Below are positions 50,883 through 60,537 of a stretch of DNA of 64,000 bases, in pieces. The stretch is from Abditibacterium sp. (GTDB lineage Bacteria; Armatimonadota; Abditibacteriia; Abditibacteriales; Abditibacteriaceae). The position numbers were made by a program, and so were the translations under genes. Position 1 is the first letter of the stretch. Each line of letters begins with the position of its first letter. The notes below the pieces were generated by a model, which worked only from the letters and a program-made list of their open reading frames with translations, was not told where the DNA came from and did not search any database. The DNA lies in the NCBI GenBank assembly GCA_965246885.1, contig OZ251992.1, forward strand, positions 960,001-1,024,000. Direction: 5' to 3'.

Positions 50883-51041
50883 GAGAGCCTCCGCCACAAT
50901 GAAAGTGTGTTTCTGGGCCGCCACTTCGACGGCGCCAACGTGGCGTTTTTCGATGGGCACGTCAAATGGCTGCGCCTTGACAAGCCCGCTTCTAAAAACG
51001 CGCGGGGCAACTATCCGTTCTTCACAAAGACCGCTGACTGA
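50883..51041 (+). pseudogene. Isolated H-X9-DG C-terminal segment of a DUF1559/prepilin-like protein (remnant, mini-gene or read-through extension)
   Basis: The frame continuing the LacI TAG reads ESLRHNESVFLGRHFDGANVAFFDGHVKWLRLDKPASKNARGNYPFFTKTAD*; absent from the ORF track. Confidence 0.75.
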
Positions 51042-51116
51042 GATTACATCTCCCGTGAAGCGTCCTCTCCCTTTCCTGCCTTTGAGCGAGAACAGGAGCG
51101 GGCGCTCTTCTTAATC

Positions 51117-53087
51117 ATGAAACAGACAACTCTCTTCGCATGGGTGCGCGTTTTCGCACTAATCGGGATGGTGAGCCACCCCCTTTCGTCCCAAGCCCAA
51201 CCCACGTCGCTCGCGCCCGCCAACTTGAACGCTTCGGCGCCGCTTCTTAATCCCAACCCGAGCTTTGAGCAAGGCAACAGCGACTACTTCTTCGTTAAGC
51301 CGACTCTGGTAAGCACGCAAACTGCCGTAGTTCATTCCGGTCAATTCGCTCTTCGCCTTCAGGGAAATAACTCACCTAAGGATAGTCCCAATGTGGTCGT
51401 GCAAGGCTTTCCGGTATCTAATGCTCAACCCGGCAACCGGTATACGTTTTCCGCTTGGGTCAAAGCGCAGAACATTCGCGCGCGCGTGCCGTTCGAGATA
51501 GAATTGCGAGCCTTGGGCGCCAACGGCGAAGCCGTTCTACCGGAAAGCCGGAAGCTTTCTGTGAAAAGTGACACTGACTGGAAGTTGGTTTCCACTGACT
51601 TCTCTTTGCCAGTAGGCACGACGAAACTTTCTCTCAGCCTCATCGTGAAGCCGCGAAGCGAAGCAACGGTTTGGGTGGACGACATCGCTGTGCGCGAGCA
51701 ACCGCTCTTTTTCGAGCAACCGCTAAGGGCAACTTTGCGCGCGTCATCTAAAAAGGTTTTTGCGCACTACTTCACGCCATTTCCAGTGTCTCTTGATAAC
51801 GGCGACCCCAAAAGTGACTACTACACGCAATACCTTTCGCCCGATGGTGAGGGCGGCAGTCATCGTGGTCAGGGAGGTTTCTTGCGCGAGCGGCCTTTGG
51901 GAAGGGCGTCACGCCCTTTACCCGATCCCGCTTGGGTTCAGGCTGATTTCGATGAAGAGGTGAGTCGTGCTGTGGCTTTGGGATTGGACGGCTTTGTGGC
52001 CGACCTGCTCGGCTACGCGCCCGACAAATCCGACTATAACTGGAACAGGGTCAAGATGCTTTTGCAATCGGCTCAGCGCGTGGATGGAGGCTTCAAAATC
52101 ATGGCGATGCCAGATATGACGGCAGGCCTCGCCGGGCCAAACGTCGCCGACAAGCTAACGGCAGCAATCACGGAGTTCAACTCGTATCCTGCCGCCTACC
52201 GTTTGGCCGATGGGCGCCTCGTTGTCGCGCCCTACCTCGTCGAAATGCAAACGCCTGCATGGTGGAAAGCGTGGCTCGACTCGATGAAAGCGAAGGGGAT
52301 TAACATCGCTTTCGTGCCGCTTTTTCAGGGATGGGAGAAGGACGCGCCGAGTTACGCTTCGCTGTGCGATGGTATGAGCGATTGGGGCTTCCGCTCGCCA
52401 AAGTCCAATGCCTCTTGGGTTGATGTCCCCAAAAAGGCGCACCACTACGCTCCGATCTGGATGATGCCAGTAGCACCACAAGATATGCGCCCCAACGCCT
52501 CGCTTTACACCGAAGCGGGCAACTCCGAAAACTTCCGCGTCATGTGGCAAAACGCCATCCAAGGCGGCGCGGACTGGGTGCAACTCATCACTTGGAACGA
52601 CTATTCAGAAAGCGCTGAGGTGTCGCCCTCGACCGGCACTCAATACGGATTCTACGATCTCGCGGCCTACTACACAACGTGGTTCAAAACAGGGAAAATG
52701 CCCAAGATTACACGCGACACCCTCTTTTACTTCCACCGTATCCACCCGACAACGGCTGCGCCCGATTTGACCAAGCAAACGAGTGCCTATCGCCTCGCCG
52801 ACGCCGAAGTACCGCGTAATGACATCGAGTTGCTCGCGTTCTTAGTTACACCCGGCACGCTACAAATCCAGATCGGTGGCAAAACGCAACAGTTACAAGC
52901 TCCCGCAGGCATGACCTCGTTTCGGATACCTATTCAAAACGGGCGCCCCTCTTTCAGTCTGCTTCGTGGGGGAAAAACGGTCGTCGCTCTCGACAGCGCG
53001 TTCACCATCTCCGACAAAATCGTTTATGACGACTTGCTTTATCGAAGCGGTGGCTCAAACCGGGCGCCTGTCGTAACAACTCCCTAA
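51117..53087 (+). CDS. Secreted GH71 alpha-1,3-glucanase with N-terminal CBM4/9-like module
   Basis: Signal peptide; NPSFEQG...YTFSAWVK...WVDD CBM; KKVFAHY, GLDGF and VQLITWNDYSES. Confidence 0.85.
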   Translation: MKQTTLFAWVRVFALIGMVSHPLSSQAQPTSLAPANLNASAPLLNPNPSFEQGNSDYFFVKPTLVSTQTAVVHSGQFALRLQGNNSPKDSPNVVVQGFPVSNAQPGNRYTFSAWVKAQNIRARVPFEIELRALGANGEAVLPESRKLSVKSDTDWKLVSTDFSLPVGTTKLSLSLIVKPRSEATVWVDDIAVREQPLFFEQPLRATLRASSKKVFAHYFTPFPVSLDNGDPKSDYYTQYLSPDGEGGSHRGQGGFLRERPLGRASRPLPDPAWVQADFDEEVSRAVALGLDGFVADLLGYAPDKSDYNWNRVKMLLQSAQRVDGGFKIMAMPDMTAGLAGPNVADKLTAAITEFNSYPAAYRLADGRLVVAPYLVEMQTPAWWKAWLDSMKAKGINIAFVPLFQGWEKDAPSYASLCDGMSDWGFRSPKSNASWVDVPKKAHHYAPIWMMPVAPQDMRPNASLYTEAGNSENFRVMWQNAIQGGADWVQLITWNDYSESAEVSPSTGTQYGFYDLAAYYTTWFKTGKMPKITRDTLFYFHRIHPTTAAPDLTKQTSAYRLADAEVPRNDIELLAFLVTPGTLQIQIGGKTQQLQAPAGMTSFRIPIQNGRPSFSLLRGGKTVVALDSAFTISDKIVYDDLLYRSGGSNRAPVVTTP

Positions 53088-54013
53088 AAAGAGCCGACTG
53101 CCTCTTGCTTCCACTCGTGCAGTAGCGCCAAGTGCGCGTCGAAAAAGCGCGCGCGCAGTTGCTTCTCGCCCACTTCGATGTTCATGAAGCCGCCCGTTAG
53201 GTCGCGGTAGAACGGGCCGTAGTTGCGCGAAAAGCGGCGGCGAAGCGAGGCGCCACCCGCGCCGCACACAGCGAAGTGCGTCTTGGCATCGGGCAACACG
53301 ATGTGCTGCAAGTCGTGGTCGTGGCCCGACAGCATCAGTTGGACGCCGTGCTTGGCGAGGAGCGGGGTGACGACGCCGCGCACGATGCGCATATCGGATT
53401 CGATCTGGTGGATGCCATCGGTAAAGGGCGGGTGGTGGCCGACGACGATCTTCCACTTCGCTTTGGAGCGGCCCAGTTCGTCGTCGAGCCACGCGGTCTG
53501 CTTGTCGGCCAACTTTTCGGCGTGATATTGCGGGAGCCAGAGGTCGGTGTCCACCATGAACAAGTCGAGCAGGCCGTTTCGCGCCGCGATTTTGTAGTAA
53601 AAGCCGTCCATACGCCAGCGCCCCGACGGGCCGCGATACGAGAACTGAGTTGCGGGGTTCGTCACCCAGTCGTGGTTGCCCAGCACCGCGAAAAAGGGGA
53701 AGGGCATCGCCGCGCGGGGATACATCGTCTCGAACTTGGCGGCCCACTGCGGGTCGTCGTGGCCGGACACGCCGTTGTCGTAGAAGTTATCGCCGACCGA
53801 CACCGCAAAATCGGGTTTGTGTTGCGCCGAAAAGCGCGCCATCGCGCCAGCCACCTCGCGCTGTAAGCGCATACCACTTCCCCAGTCGCCGAATACTAAA
53901 AAAGAGACAGAGCCGCGTTGGGCGGCGGGCGCGGCGAGCAGTTCGGCGCCGGATGGCAGGAGCACCGCCGCGCCCGAAGCGGCGGCGAGTTGGAGCAGTT
54001 GGCGGCGGGTCAT
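53084..54013 (-). CDS. Tat-exported metallophosphoesterase (purple/tartrate-resistant acid phosphatase-like)
   Basis: MTRRQLL signal; GDWG, GDNFY, GNHD, GHHP and SGHDH. Confidence 0.9.
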   Translation of the reverse strand: MTRRQLLQLAAASGAAVLLPSGAELLAAPAAQRGSVSFLVFGDWGSGMRLQREVAGAMARFSAQHKPDFAVSVGDNFYDNGVSGHDDPQWAAKFETMYPRAAMPFPFFAVLGNHDWVTNPATQFSYRGPSGRWRMDGFYYKIAARNGLLDLFMVDTDLWLPQYHAEKLADKQTAWLDDELGRSKAKWKIVVGHHPPFTDGIHQIESDMRIVRGVVTPLLAKHGVQLMLSGHDHDLQHIVLPDAKTHFAVCGAGGASLRRRFSRNYGPFYRDLTGGFMNIEVGEKQLRARFFDAHLALLHEWKQEAVGSF

Positions 54014-55392
54014 GTTTTTAGTTTTACCGCCGCGTTGCCCGCGCGCCCAAAAATCTCGCTCATGGTCGAGGAAACGAAGAGGGTGTCGGCCCAGTCTTGG
54101 AGGGGCGTGCCATCGCGCACGGCAGCAACAACGACGGGAGCGAGTTCTCCGGCGCCCGCGCCGATGATTTGGGCGCCGACGATGCGCCCTTCATTAGTAG
54201 TGAAAAAGAGCGCGAAACCGCTCGCTTCGCCGTCAATAACCGCGCGATCGAGGGCCTTGAAGTCGGCGCGGTGCGTTTCGATGCTGCCCCACTCACGGCG
54301 CGCCTCTTCGGGGGAGAGGCCAATATGGGCGATTTCGGGGTCGGTGAAGGTGACGGCGTTAAGGATTTTCCAATTCACCTGCCGAGCGGCGGAAAGCACA
54401 GCGTTAGCTCCGGCAGTCCTTGCGGCATAGGCGGCGCTGTGAGTGTGCGGAAGGGCGCCCGTGCAACTGCCGCACGCCCAGATATGCTGTGCGCTCGTTC
54501 GCAAATGTTCTTCCACCTCAATGCCAGTTTCGGACGCTCGGACGTCCGCTTTCTCCAGTTTCAACCCGTCTAAACGCGCTTTTCTGCTTCCGGCGACGAT
54601 AATCTCGCCCACTTCAACGCTTTTCTCCTCGCCCTCGACCGAGAAAATGACGCTCTTGCGGCCTCCATCGGCCTCGACGCGCATCGCATGGGCGTTCAAA
54701 TGCACTTCGATGCCCTCTGCGCGCAAGATGCGGAGCAGATGCGCTGCAACTTCTGGCTCCTCGCGCGGCACCAGTTGCGCGCCTTCTTCCAACAGGACTA
54801 CGCGCGTGCCGAAGCGCGCGAACGCTTGCGCCATCTCGCACGCGCGCGCCCCGCCGCCAAGGAAGAGGAGCGACTTGGGTAGGTTGGGACGCTCGAACAA
54901 GCCATCGGATGTGATAAACCCCGCCTCAGCCAAGCCCGCGATGGCGGGAATGACGGGTGCGCTTCCCGTTGCAATGATGAAACGGCGCGCAGACAGGCGG
55001 CCCGTCCCCGGCGCGTTGCCAACTTCGAGGGTATGGGCGTCGAGAAACTTCGCGTCGCCCCCGATAAGAGTGACGCCGCTTTTGGCGAGCGTTTCGCGGT
55101 GCCCGCGCCGCAGTTCGTCGCGCACGTCGGCCAAGCGCAATCGCACCGCGCTCCACACCAAGCGCGGCTTTTCGATGTGAACGCCAAACTCCTCGCTCCG
55201 TTTGATGAGATCAAACACCTTGGCGGAGCGCGCGAGGGTTTGCAACGGCACACCCCCACGCCACAAGCGTTCGCCGCTGACCTTATCGCGCTCGACCAGT
55301 GCCACATGCGCGCCAAGGGCATCCGCCACCAGCGCCGCCGCCAAACCCGCCGTTCCCGCGCCAATGATGGCGACATCGTAATCGGTGTTCAT
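54010..55392 (-). CDS. Dihydrolipoamide dehydrogenase/mercuric reductase-like flavoprotein lacking redox cysteines
   Basis: IIGAGTAG, IATGS.P, FTDPEIAHIGL and dimerisation domain; the CxxxxC site reads GERLWRGGVP. Confidence 0.85.
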   Translation of the reverse strand: MNTDYDVAIIGAGTAGLAAALVADALGAHVALVERDKVSGERLWRGGVPLQTLARSAKVFDLIKRSEEFGVHIEKPRLVWSAVRLRLADVRDELRRGHRETLAKSGVTLIGGDAKFLDAHTLEVGNAPGTGRLSARRFIIATGSAPVIPAIAGLAEAGFITSDGLFERPNLPKSLLFLGGGARACEMAQAFARFGTRVVLLEEGAQLVPREEPEVAAHLLRILRAEGIEVHLNAHAMRVEADGGRKSVIFSVEGEEKSVEVGEIIVAGSRKARLDGLKLEKADVRASETGIEVEEHLRTSAQHIWACGSCTGALPHTHSAAYAARTAGANAVLSAARQVNWKILNAVTFTDPEIAHIGLSPEEARREWGSIETHRADFKALDRAVIDGEASGFALFFTTNEGRIVGAQIIGAGAGELAPVVVAAVRDGTPLQDWADTLFVSSTMSEIFGRAGNAAVKLKT

Positions 55393-55396
55393 AATC

Positions 55397-56533
55397 TTAA
55401 AACGTCCCGCCGAACGGATGGGCATAGCCCGTCAGTTCCAAGTAGCCACTCCCAGCGATGGGCCGCCCGCGTTCCGTTCCCCGCAACCCGATCAAGCCTT
55501 CCCAATACGCCAAGCCGACGCCGGAGCGGACGGGGCGCAACTCTTGGTCGGCGAGGGCGGGCGTGGCCGCGAGTGATAGGCCCAGCGAGGGCACTTCGAT
55601 GCGCCACAAAGTCGGGTAGCGCGCGCCGCTCGCTACGACAGTTTGCGCCAAGGGCGTCAAGCGGAAATCGGCCAAGCTCAGGTGGCGCACGCGTCCGTCG
55701 CGCTCGACGAGGGTGCCCGAAGAAAGCGGCTCGACGCGGTTGCCGCGCAAGCGCAGGTGGTAGAGCATCAGTTCGCGCCCGTCGTTCAACTGAATAGAAA
55801 ACCAGTCCCATCCCGTTTGCGAAGGGTCGAGTTGCGACGAGCCGAACTCGTGATCGAACCAGCCCTCGCCAGTTGAAGCGAAGGTCTCGCCGTTCAATTG
55901 CACCGTGCCGCGCGCGTCTAAACGGCAGAAGGAGTAGTAGTGCGACGCGCGTCCCACGCCCGCCGACTTTTGCGACACGCCGCGCTCGCCATGAATCGTC
56001 GGCGGTTTCCGGGCGCGGAAAGACAACGCGAAGCCGAACGGAAGGCCGCGCGTGGCGCCGTTGTCGCTGGTTCCGCTCAATCGGATGGCCTGCGTGTTGC
56101 CGTTTCCCGGCCCGAACTGCAAGTTCCACGCGCCGATGTGAACGCGCGGCGCAGTGTGCCCCACATCGGCGCCGCTTAATCCAAGGGCGCCGCGCCCGAT
56201 TTTGTCGGAAAAGTAAAAGCGCCCCCCGCGCGCGTCGGTAAGTGCAAGGTGCGCGAAGTAGAGGTCGCGGGTCGCCCACTTCGATTGTCGTTGGATATAT
56301 GGCGCCAAGGCGGTGCGGAACCACGTCGCTTGAAAGCCGAACTCGCGCCCGTCGCGCGCGCGCAGATGACCGGTGTAATACCACCACTCGGTTGCATAAG
56401 CCGGATGCGCGCCGTGATCGCGCGGGAAAGCGAAGGCGTATCCCGGCAGAGCAGGCGCGAAACCCCGCGTCGCGGCGTAGGCCGGGGCAAAGGGCAGGGC
56501 GCACAAAGCAACAAAAAACGCAAGAACACGCAT
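55397..56533 (-). CDS. AttH/CrtC-like lipocalin-fold protein (secreted)
   Basis: FPRDHGAHP..TEWWYYTG, SHYYS, WFDHEF, GWDWFS.QL and YWEG...GYLELTGY. Confidence 0.9.
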   Translation of the reverse strand: MRVLAFFVALCALPFAPAYAATRGFAPALPGYAFAFPRDHGAHPAYATEWWYYTGHLRARDGREFGFQATWFRTALAPYIQRQSKWATRDLYFAHLALTDARGGRFYFSDKIGRGALGLSGADVGHTAPRVHIGAWNLQFGPGNGNTQAIRLSGTSDNGATRGLPFGFALSFRARKPPTIHGERGVSQKSAGVGRASHYYSFCRLDARGTVQLNGETFASTGEGWFDHEFGSSQLDPSQTGWDWFSIQLNDGRELMLYHLRLRGNRVEPLSSGTLVERDGRVRHLSLADFRLTPLAQTVVASGARYPTLWRIEVPSLGLSLAATPALADQELRPVRSGVGLAYWEGLIGLRGTERGRPIAGSGYLELTGYAHPFGGTF

Positions 56534-56574
56534 CGGTGTATTCTTGCGCTTGAAACGCCCGCAGGTTTCCTGTT

Positions 56575-56934
56575 TTAGTGCGCCAGAGTTTCGATGCGCG
56601 ACAATAGTTCCTGTGGCAGGATAGGCTTATGAAGCAAGAGATCAGCGCCCGCTTCGCTCGATTTGTCTTGCGCTTCGTTGTCGCCGTAAGCGGTGAACAT
56701 GATGATGGGCACCCGCCCGCCGTTGGGCAGGTTGCGGATGCTGCGCACGGCGTCGAAGCCGTTCATTTCGGGCATCTCGACGTCCATGATGATGGCGTCG
56801 AAGGGTTCTTCGCGCACCGCTTCGACCGCTTCCAAGCCGTTGGCGGCGAGGCGGGTGGTGTGGCCGGAAATGCTAAACGCCAAGCGAAAGACGTCGCGGG
56901 TGTCGGGTAAGTCGTCTACAAACAGGATTCGCAT
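56575..56934 (-). CDS. Single-domain response regulator receiver
   Basis: ILFVDD, NGLEA, MDVEMPEMNG, TA and KP. Confidence 0.9.
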   Translation of the reverse strand: MRILFVDDLPDTRDVFRLAFSISGHTTRLAANGLEAVEAVREEPFDAIIMDVEMPEMNGFDAVRSIRNLPNGGRVPIIMFTAYGDNEAQDKSSEAGADLLLHKPILPQELLSRIETLAH

Positions 56935-57041
56935 AAAGGGTATTGCTTAAGAAATGGCAGAGCGGAGGCTGCAAATTGGATTCCTCTCGCCCTTGACAAT
57001 TGAGATTCTTGCCAGTTATTCCAACGCCACTTAATCCAAGC

Positions 57042-59612
57042 TCACTCCCGTTGCAGCGCGCTCGCCAAGTCGCGCCGCGCCGCTTGGCGGGCCGGAAGCG
57101 CGCCCGCCACGAGCGCCGCCCCCAGTGCAAGAGCGAGCGCCTGCGCGAGAACCACCGGCTCGAAATGCGGGAAAATCGTCCAGCCGAAGAACTGCCGGTT
57201 AATCACATAGATCATCTGCGCCGCCAGCGCCAAACCCGCCAGACTTCCCAGCACCCACGCGAAGCCGCCCAGAAACGCGAACTCCCACAACGCCATCCGC
57301 ACCGTCTGCCCCCGCGACGCGCCCATTGCCCGCAAACTTGCCATCTCCGTCGTCCGCTCCAGCATGAGTGACGCGAGCGTATCGAACACCCCGATGCCCG
57401 CCACCACAAGCGCAATCAATTGCAGGGCATACGTCACAGCAAACGTCTGGTCGAAGGTGTCGAACACTTGGCGCCGGATCTCCCGGTTGGGCAGCACCGT
57501 CAAGGCATACTTCGCGCCAAAGTGCGCGAACAGTTGGCGCTTCAACTCCTCGCCCGACGTGCCGCGCAAATACAGCGCGATGCCGTCCAAGCCGTCGTCG
57601 CGCCACAGTTCCCGGTAGCGCGAGCGCGCCAGATAAAAGACGGGATTGGGGTTGTAGTCGTAGAACACGCCCGTGATGGGAAACGAGCGCGAGCCGCGCG
57701 GCGTCGGAAAGCGGAGCGTATCGCCCGCTTTCAAGTGCAGCAAGTTCGACAACCGCTCCGACAACAGCACGGCGTCGCCGCGCTCGTAGTCGCGCACCGC
57801 CTCCGTCGGCGTGCCGCGCGTGCCGATCCAGCGAATCACGCGGTCGCCCGTTTGGAAAGAGGGCAGTTCATTGGCCAGCAGCAACACCGGTTGCCCGCCC
57901 AGTTCCACGTCCGCTTGGCGAATCGAGTCCACCACGCGCACGTCCCCGCGCCGCGTCGCCCACTTCAACACTTCAGGTGGCAACCCCGGCCCGCGCTCGC
58001 CCGAAAAGCCGTCGCTTGTGGCGATATACACGTCCGCCGAGATGGTGCCGTCTATCCAGTCGCCCACCGTCGCCCGAAACGAGCGCACCATCCAGTTCAT
58101 CCCGACAATCAGCGCAATCGAGACCAACAGCGCCGACACCACGAGGCTCGACCGATTGAGCGCGCGCCGCGTGTTGTCGGCGGCCAGCGCTCCCTCGATG
58201 CCGCCCAGTCGCTCGCCCAAGGGCCGCACCCAGTGCGACGCGCGCCCAAGCGACAAGGGCACCAGAAAGCAGAACCCGCCCATCGTTGCGCCCGCCGCGC
58301 CAAAGCCCAGCAGTGGCGAAACATGCGACACAACGGGCAACGACAAAAGCAGCGCGAGCGCCAACAGCCCCACGCCCGCCAGTGCCAAACGCGGCGCCCA
58401 GTTTTCCAGCGCCGTGTGCAGATTCGCGCTCGACAAACCCGCGCGCGGCGACGCGAGTGCGGCTTCGCGCGCCGACGGAAACGCCGCCAACACGCTCAGC
58501 ACCGTCCCCGCCGCGACCGAAAAGGGAAGAAGCCAGAGCGGAACGAACAGTTCGCGCGCTTTCACGGCGATGTATAGCTGCGAAACCGTCGTCGCCACTG
58601 CCCCCAGCGTCCACTTCGCCAGAACCACGCCCAGCGCGAAGCCCACCGCCGAGCCAAGCGCGCCAAGGAGCGCCGCTTCTATAAGAAAGAGGCCCGTAAT
58701 CTGCGCGCCCGACGCGCCGACGGAGCGCAAAATCGCCGCTTCCCCGCGCCGCCGCACCACCGCCGACGCGAGCGCGTTGTAAATCAAGAACGCACCGACG
58801 AACGCCGCAATTGAAGACAACGCTGTTAGGTTCAAGCGAAAGGCGCCCAGCATCGCCCCGATTTGCGCTCCCCGTGTTGCGGGCGGCGACACGACGGCAT
58901 CGGGCGGACTGAGCTTGCGCAACTCGCGCGCGACCGCCTCGGTTTGCCCGTCCGCGACGCGCAAATCTATCCCCGACAAGCGCCCAACCATTCCCAATGC
59001 TTCCTGCGCGGCGGCAATATCCATGACCGCATAGTCGCCGCCAAACGCGCGCCCCGACTGCGCTTCGCCCAGAATCGAGGCCACTCGAAACCTCTCGCGC
59101 CGCGCGCCAACCAGAAAATCCACCGTCGCACCCGCCTTCAGCCCGTTCTTGCGCGCAAGCGACTCCGACAAAGCGAGGGCGTGCGGGTCGAGCAAAAAGC
59201 GCACGGGTTCCCCTCCCGCCCCGGCGTTTGGCGCGGGCGACGCGCTTAAGTCGTGAAAGTCCACTTCGGAGAACGGGTCAACCCCGTTGAGCAGCACGGA
59301 AGTCTTGAGCGTGGGCGAATACACGGTGCGCGACACGCGCGGCGTCGCCGCGAGGATGCGCGGGTCGTCCAAAGCCGCGATGCGCGCGAACAGTTCGTCC
59401 GGCAAACCGCCCGCGCCGCCGCGTATTTGCAAGTTCGCCGTCCCCGACACCGCATCTATCGAGGCAGTGAACGCGTTCAGAACCGACGCGTTGGCGATCT
59501 GAATCGAAACGAACACCGCAATCCCCAGCGCCACCCCCAAACACGCCAACGCAAACGCGCCCTTGTGCCGCCACCAATAGCGCAAAGACAGAAACTGAAG
59601 CAAAAAGCGCAC
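57042..59612 (-). CDS. FtsX/MacB-type ABC transporter permease (duplicated; AttFG-like)
   Basis: GVALGIAV, LIYN.....V.RR..E.AILRSVGAS, FDQTFAVT and ER..E.ASLRAMG; GTG start. Confidence 0.9.
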   Translation of the reverse strand: MRFLLQFLSLRYWWRHKGAFALACLGVALGIAVFVSIQIANASVLNAFTASIDAVSGTANLQIRGGAGGLPDELFARIAALDDPRILAATPRVSRTVYSPTLKTSVLLNGVDPFSEVDFHDLSASPAPNAGAGGEPVRFLLDPHALALSESLARKNGLKAGATVDFLVGARRERFRVASILGEAQSGRAFGGDYAVMDIAAAQEALGMVGRLSGIDLRVADGQTEAVARELRKLSPPDAVVSPPATRGAQIGAMLGAFRLNLTALSSIAAFVGAFLIYNALASAVVRRRGEAAILRSVGASGAQITGLFLIEAALLGALGSAVGFALGVVLAKWTLGAVATTVSQLYIAVKARELFVPLWLLPFSVAAGTVLSVLAAFPSAREAALASPRAGLSSANLHTALENWAPRLALAGVGLLALALLLSLPVVSHVSPLLGFGAAGATMGGFCFLVPLSLGRASHWVRPLGERLGGIEGALAADNTRRALNRSSLVVSALLVSIALIVGMNWMVRSFRATVGDWIDGTISADVYIATSDGFSGERGPGLPPEVLKWATRRGDVRVVDSIRQADVELGGQPVLLLANELPSFQTGDRVIRWIGTRGTPTEAVRDYERGDAVLLSERLSNLLHLKAGDTLRFPTPRGSRSFPITGVFYDYNPNPVFYLARSRYRELWRDDGLDGIALYLRGTSGEELKRQLFAHFGAKYALTVLPNREIRRQVFDTFDQTFAVTYALQLIALVVAGIGVFDTLASLMLERTTEMASLRAMGASRGQTVRMALWEFAFLGGFAWVLGSLAGLALAAQMIYVINRQFFGWTIFPHFEPVVLAQALALALGAALVAGALPARQAARRDLASALQRE

Positions 59613-59672
59613 GCCCTTCCCGACGCGGCGTTTGCGCGGGGCGTTGCGCGGCGCGCGGCATAGCTCTTCCCT

Positions 59673-60449
59673 TTAACCGCCCGCTCGCCACTCCCTTGGT
59701 GACTTCCCCGTTTCGCGGCGCAATGTCTTGTTGAGCAGGTGAAAATCGCCCAGTCCACTGCTGCCCGCGATGGCCTTGATGGGAAGCGTCGTGCCGCGCA
59801 GGAGATACAGGGCGCGCTCGACGCGGCGCGCGCGGATGAACTCCACGACCGTTTGTCCCGTTTCGGCGCGAAAGCGGCGCGTCAGGTGGTTGTGCGACAC
59901 GTCCAACTCGCGCGCCAACGCCGCCACGACAATCGGCTCGCTTAGGCGCAGTTCGATGCGCTCCTTGGCGCGCGCCATGAGGGTCTTCTCCCGGCTCGCC
60001 TCGTCGGTGGGCGCGCTCAGGTTCCACAGCAACTCCCACAAGCGCGCCCCCGCGCGCGCCGAGCCGCTTGACCAGAACCCGACTGCCTCAGACAGCGCTG
60101 CGAAGTGCACCTCGAACGCTGCGCCCACATCCTGCACCGCCGGAAACGGGCGCACCTCGCCCGCGCCATCGGTCGCCGCGCCTTCCGTCGAGAAGTGCGC
60201 GAAAGCGTGCAAGTGCCGCACGCGGCGCGGAAAGTGGAACTCGATGGAACAGTGGGGCGCAATGAGTGTCGCCGTTCCCGGCACAACGGCGACCCTTTCA
60301 CCGTTCACGCGCAAGTCCAGCGCGTCGCGGAACAAATGCAAGCACCACACTCCCGGCAACAGGAAGCGCTCGACCGGCAGTTCTCCGTGCAGCCCCAGCC
60401 CAATCCACCGCACGCGCGGCGCGCTTCCCATCGGCAACTCGTGCGTCAT
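59673..60449 (-). CDS. AraC-family transcriptional regulator
   Basis: LARELDVSHNHLTRRFRAETG, RVERA..LL and IKAIA...G...SPREWR. Confidence 0.88.
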   Translation of the reverse strand: MTHELPMGSAPRVRWIGLGLHGELPVERFLLPGVWCLHLFRDALDLRVNGERVAVVPGTATLIAPHCSIEFHFPRRVRHLHAFAHFSTEGAATDGAGEVRPFPAVQDVGAAFEVHFAALSEAVGFWSSGSARAGARLWELLWNLSAPTDEASREKTLMARAKERIELRLSEPIVVAALARELDVSHNHLTRRFRAETGQTVVEFIRARRVERALYLLRGTTLPIKAIAGSSGLGDFHLLNKTLRRETGKSPREWRAGG

Positions 60450-60537
60450 GGGCGGGCAGTGTAGGTGATTTGGAACCAGAAAAGTCCAATGTGGGCCATT
60501 GGCCCCAGCGCGCGCATGGGGGAGAATCTTCCCCGTC

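Noticed and set aside
50857..51114. 85-aa ORF from the ORF track as a real gene
   Set aside because: No recognisable features; the overlapping alternative frame carries the H-X9-DG motif and better explains the DNA.
56950..57000. tRNA remnant (antisense translation GREESNLQPP resembles tRNA shadow ORFs)
   Set aside because: No pairing T-stem, no GTTCRA loop, no acceptor stem or CCA; likely chance.
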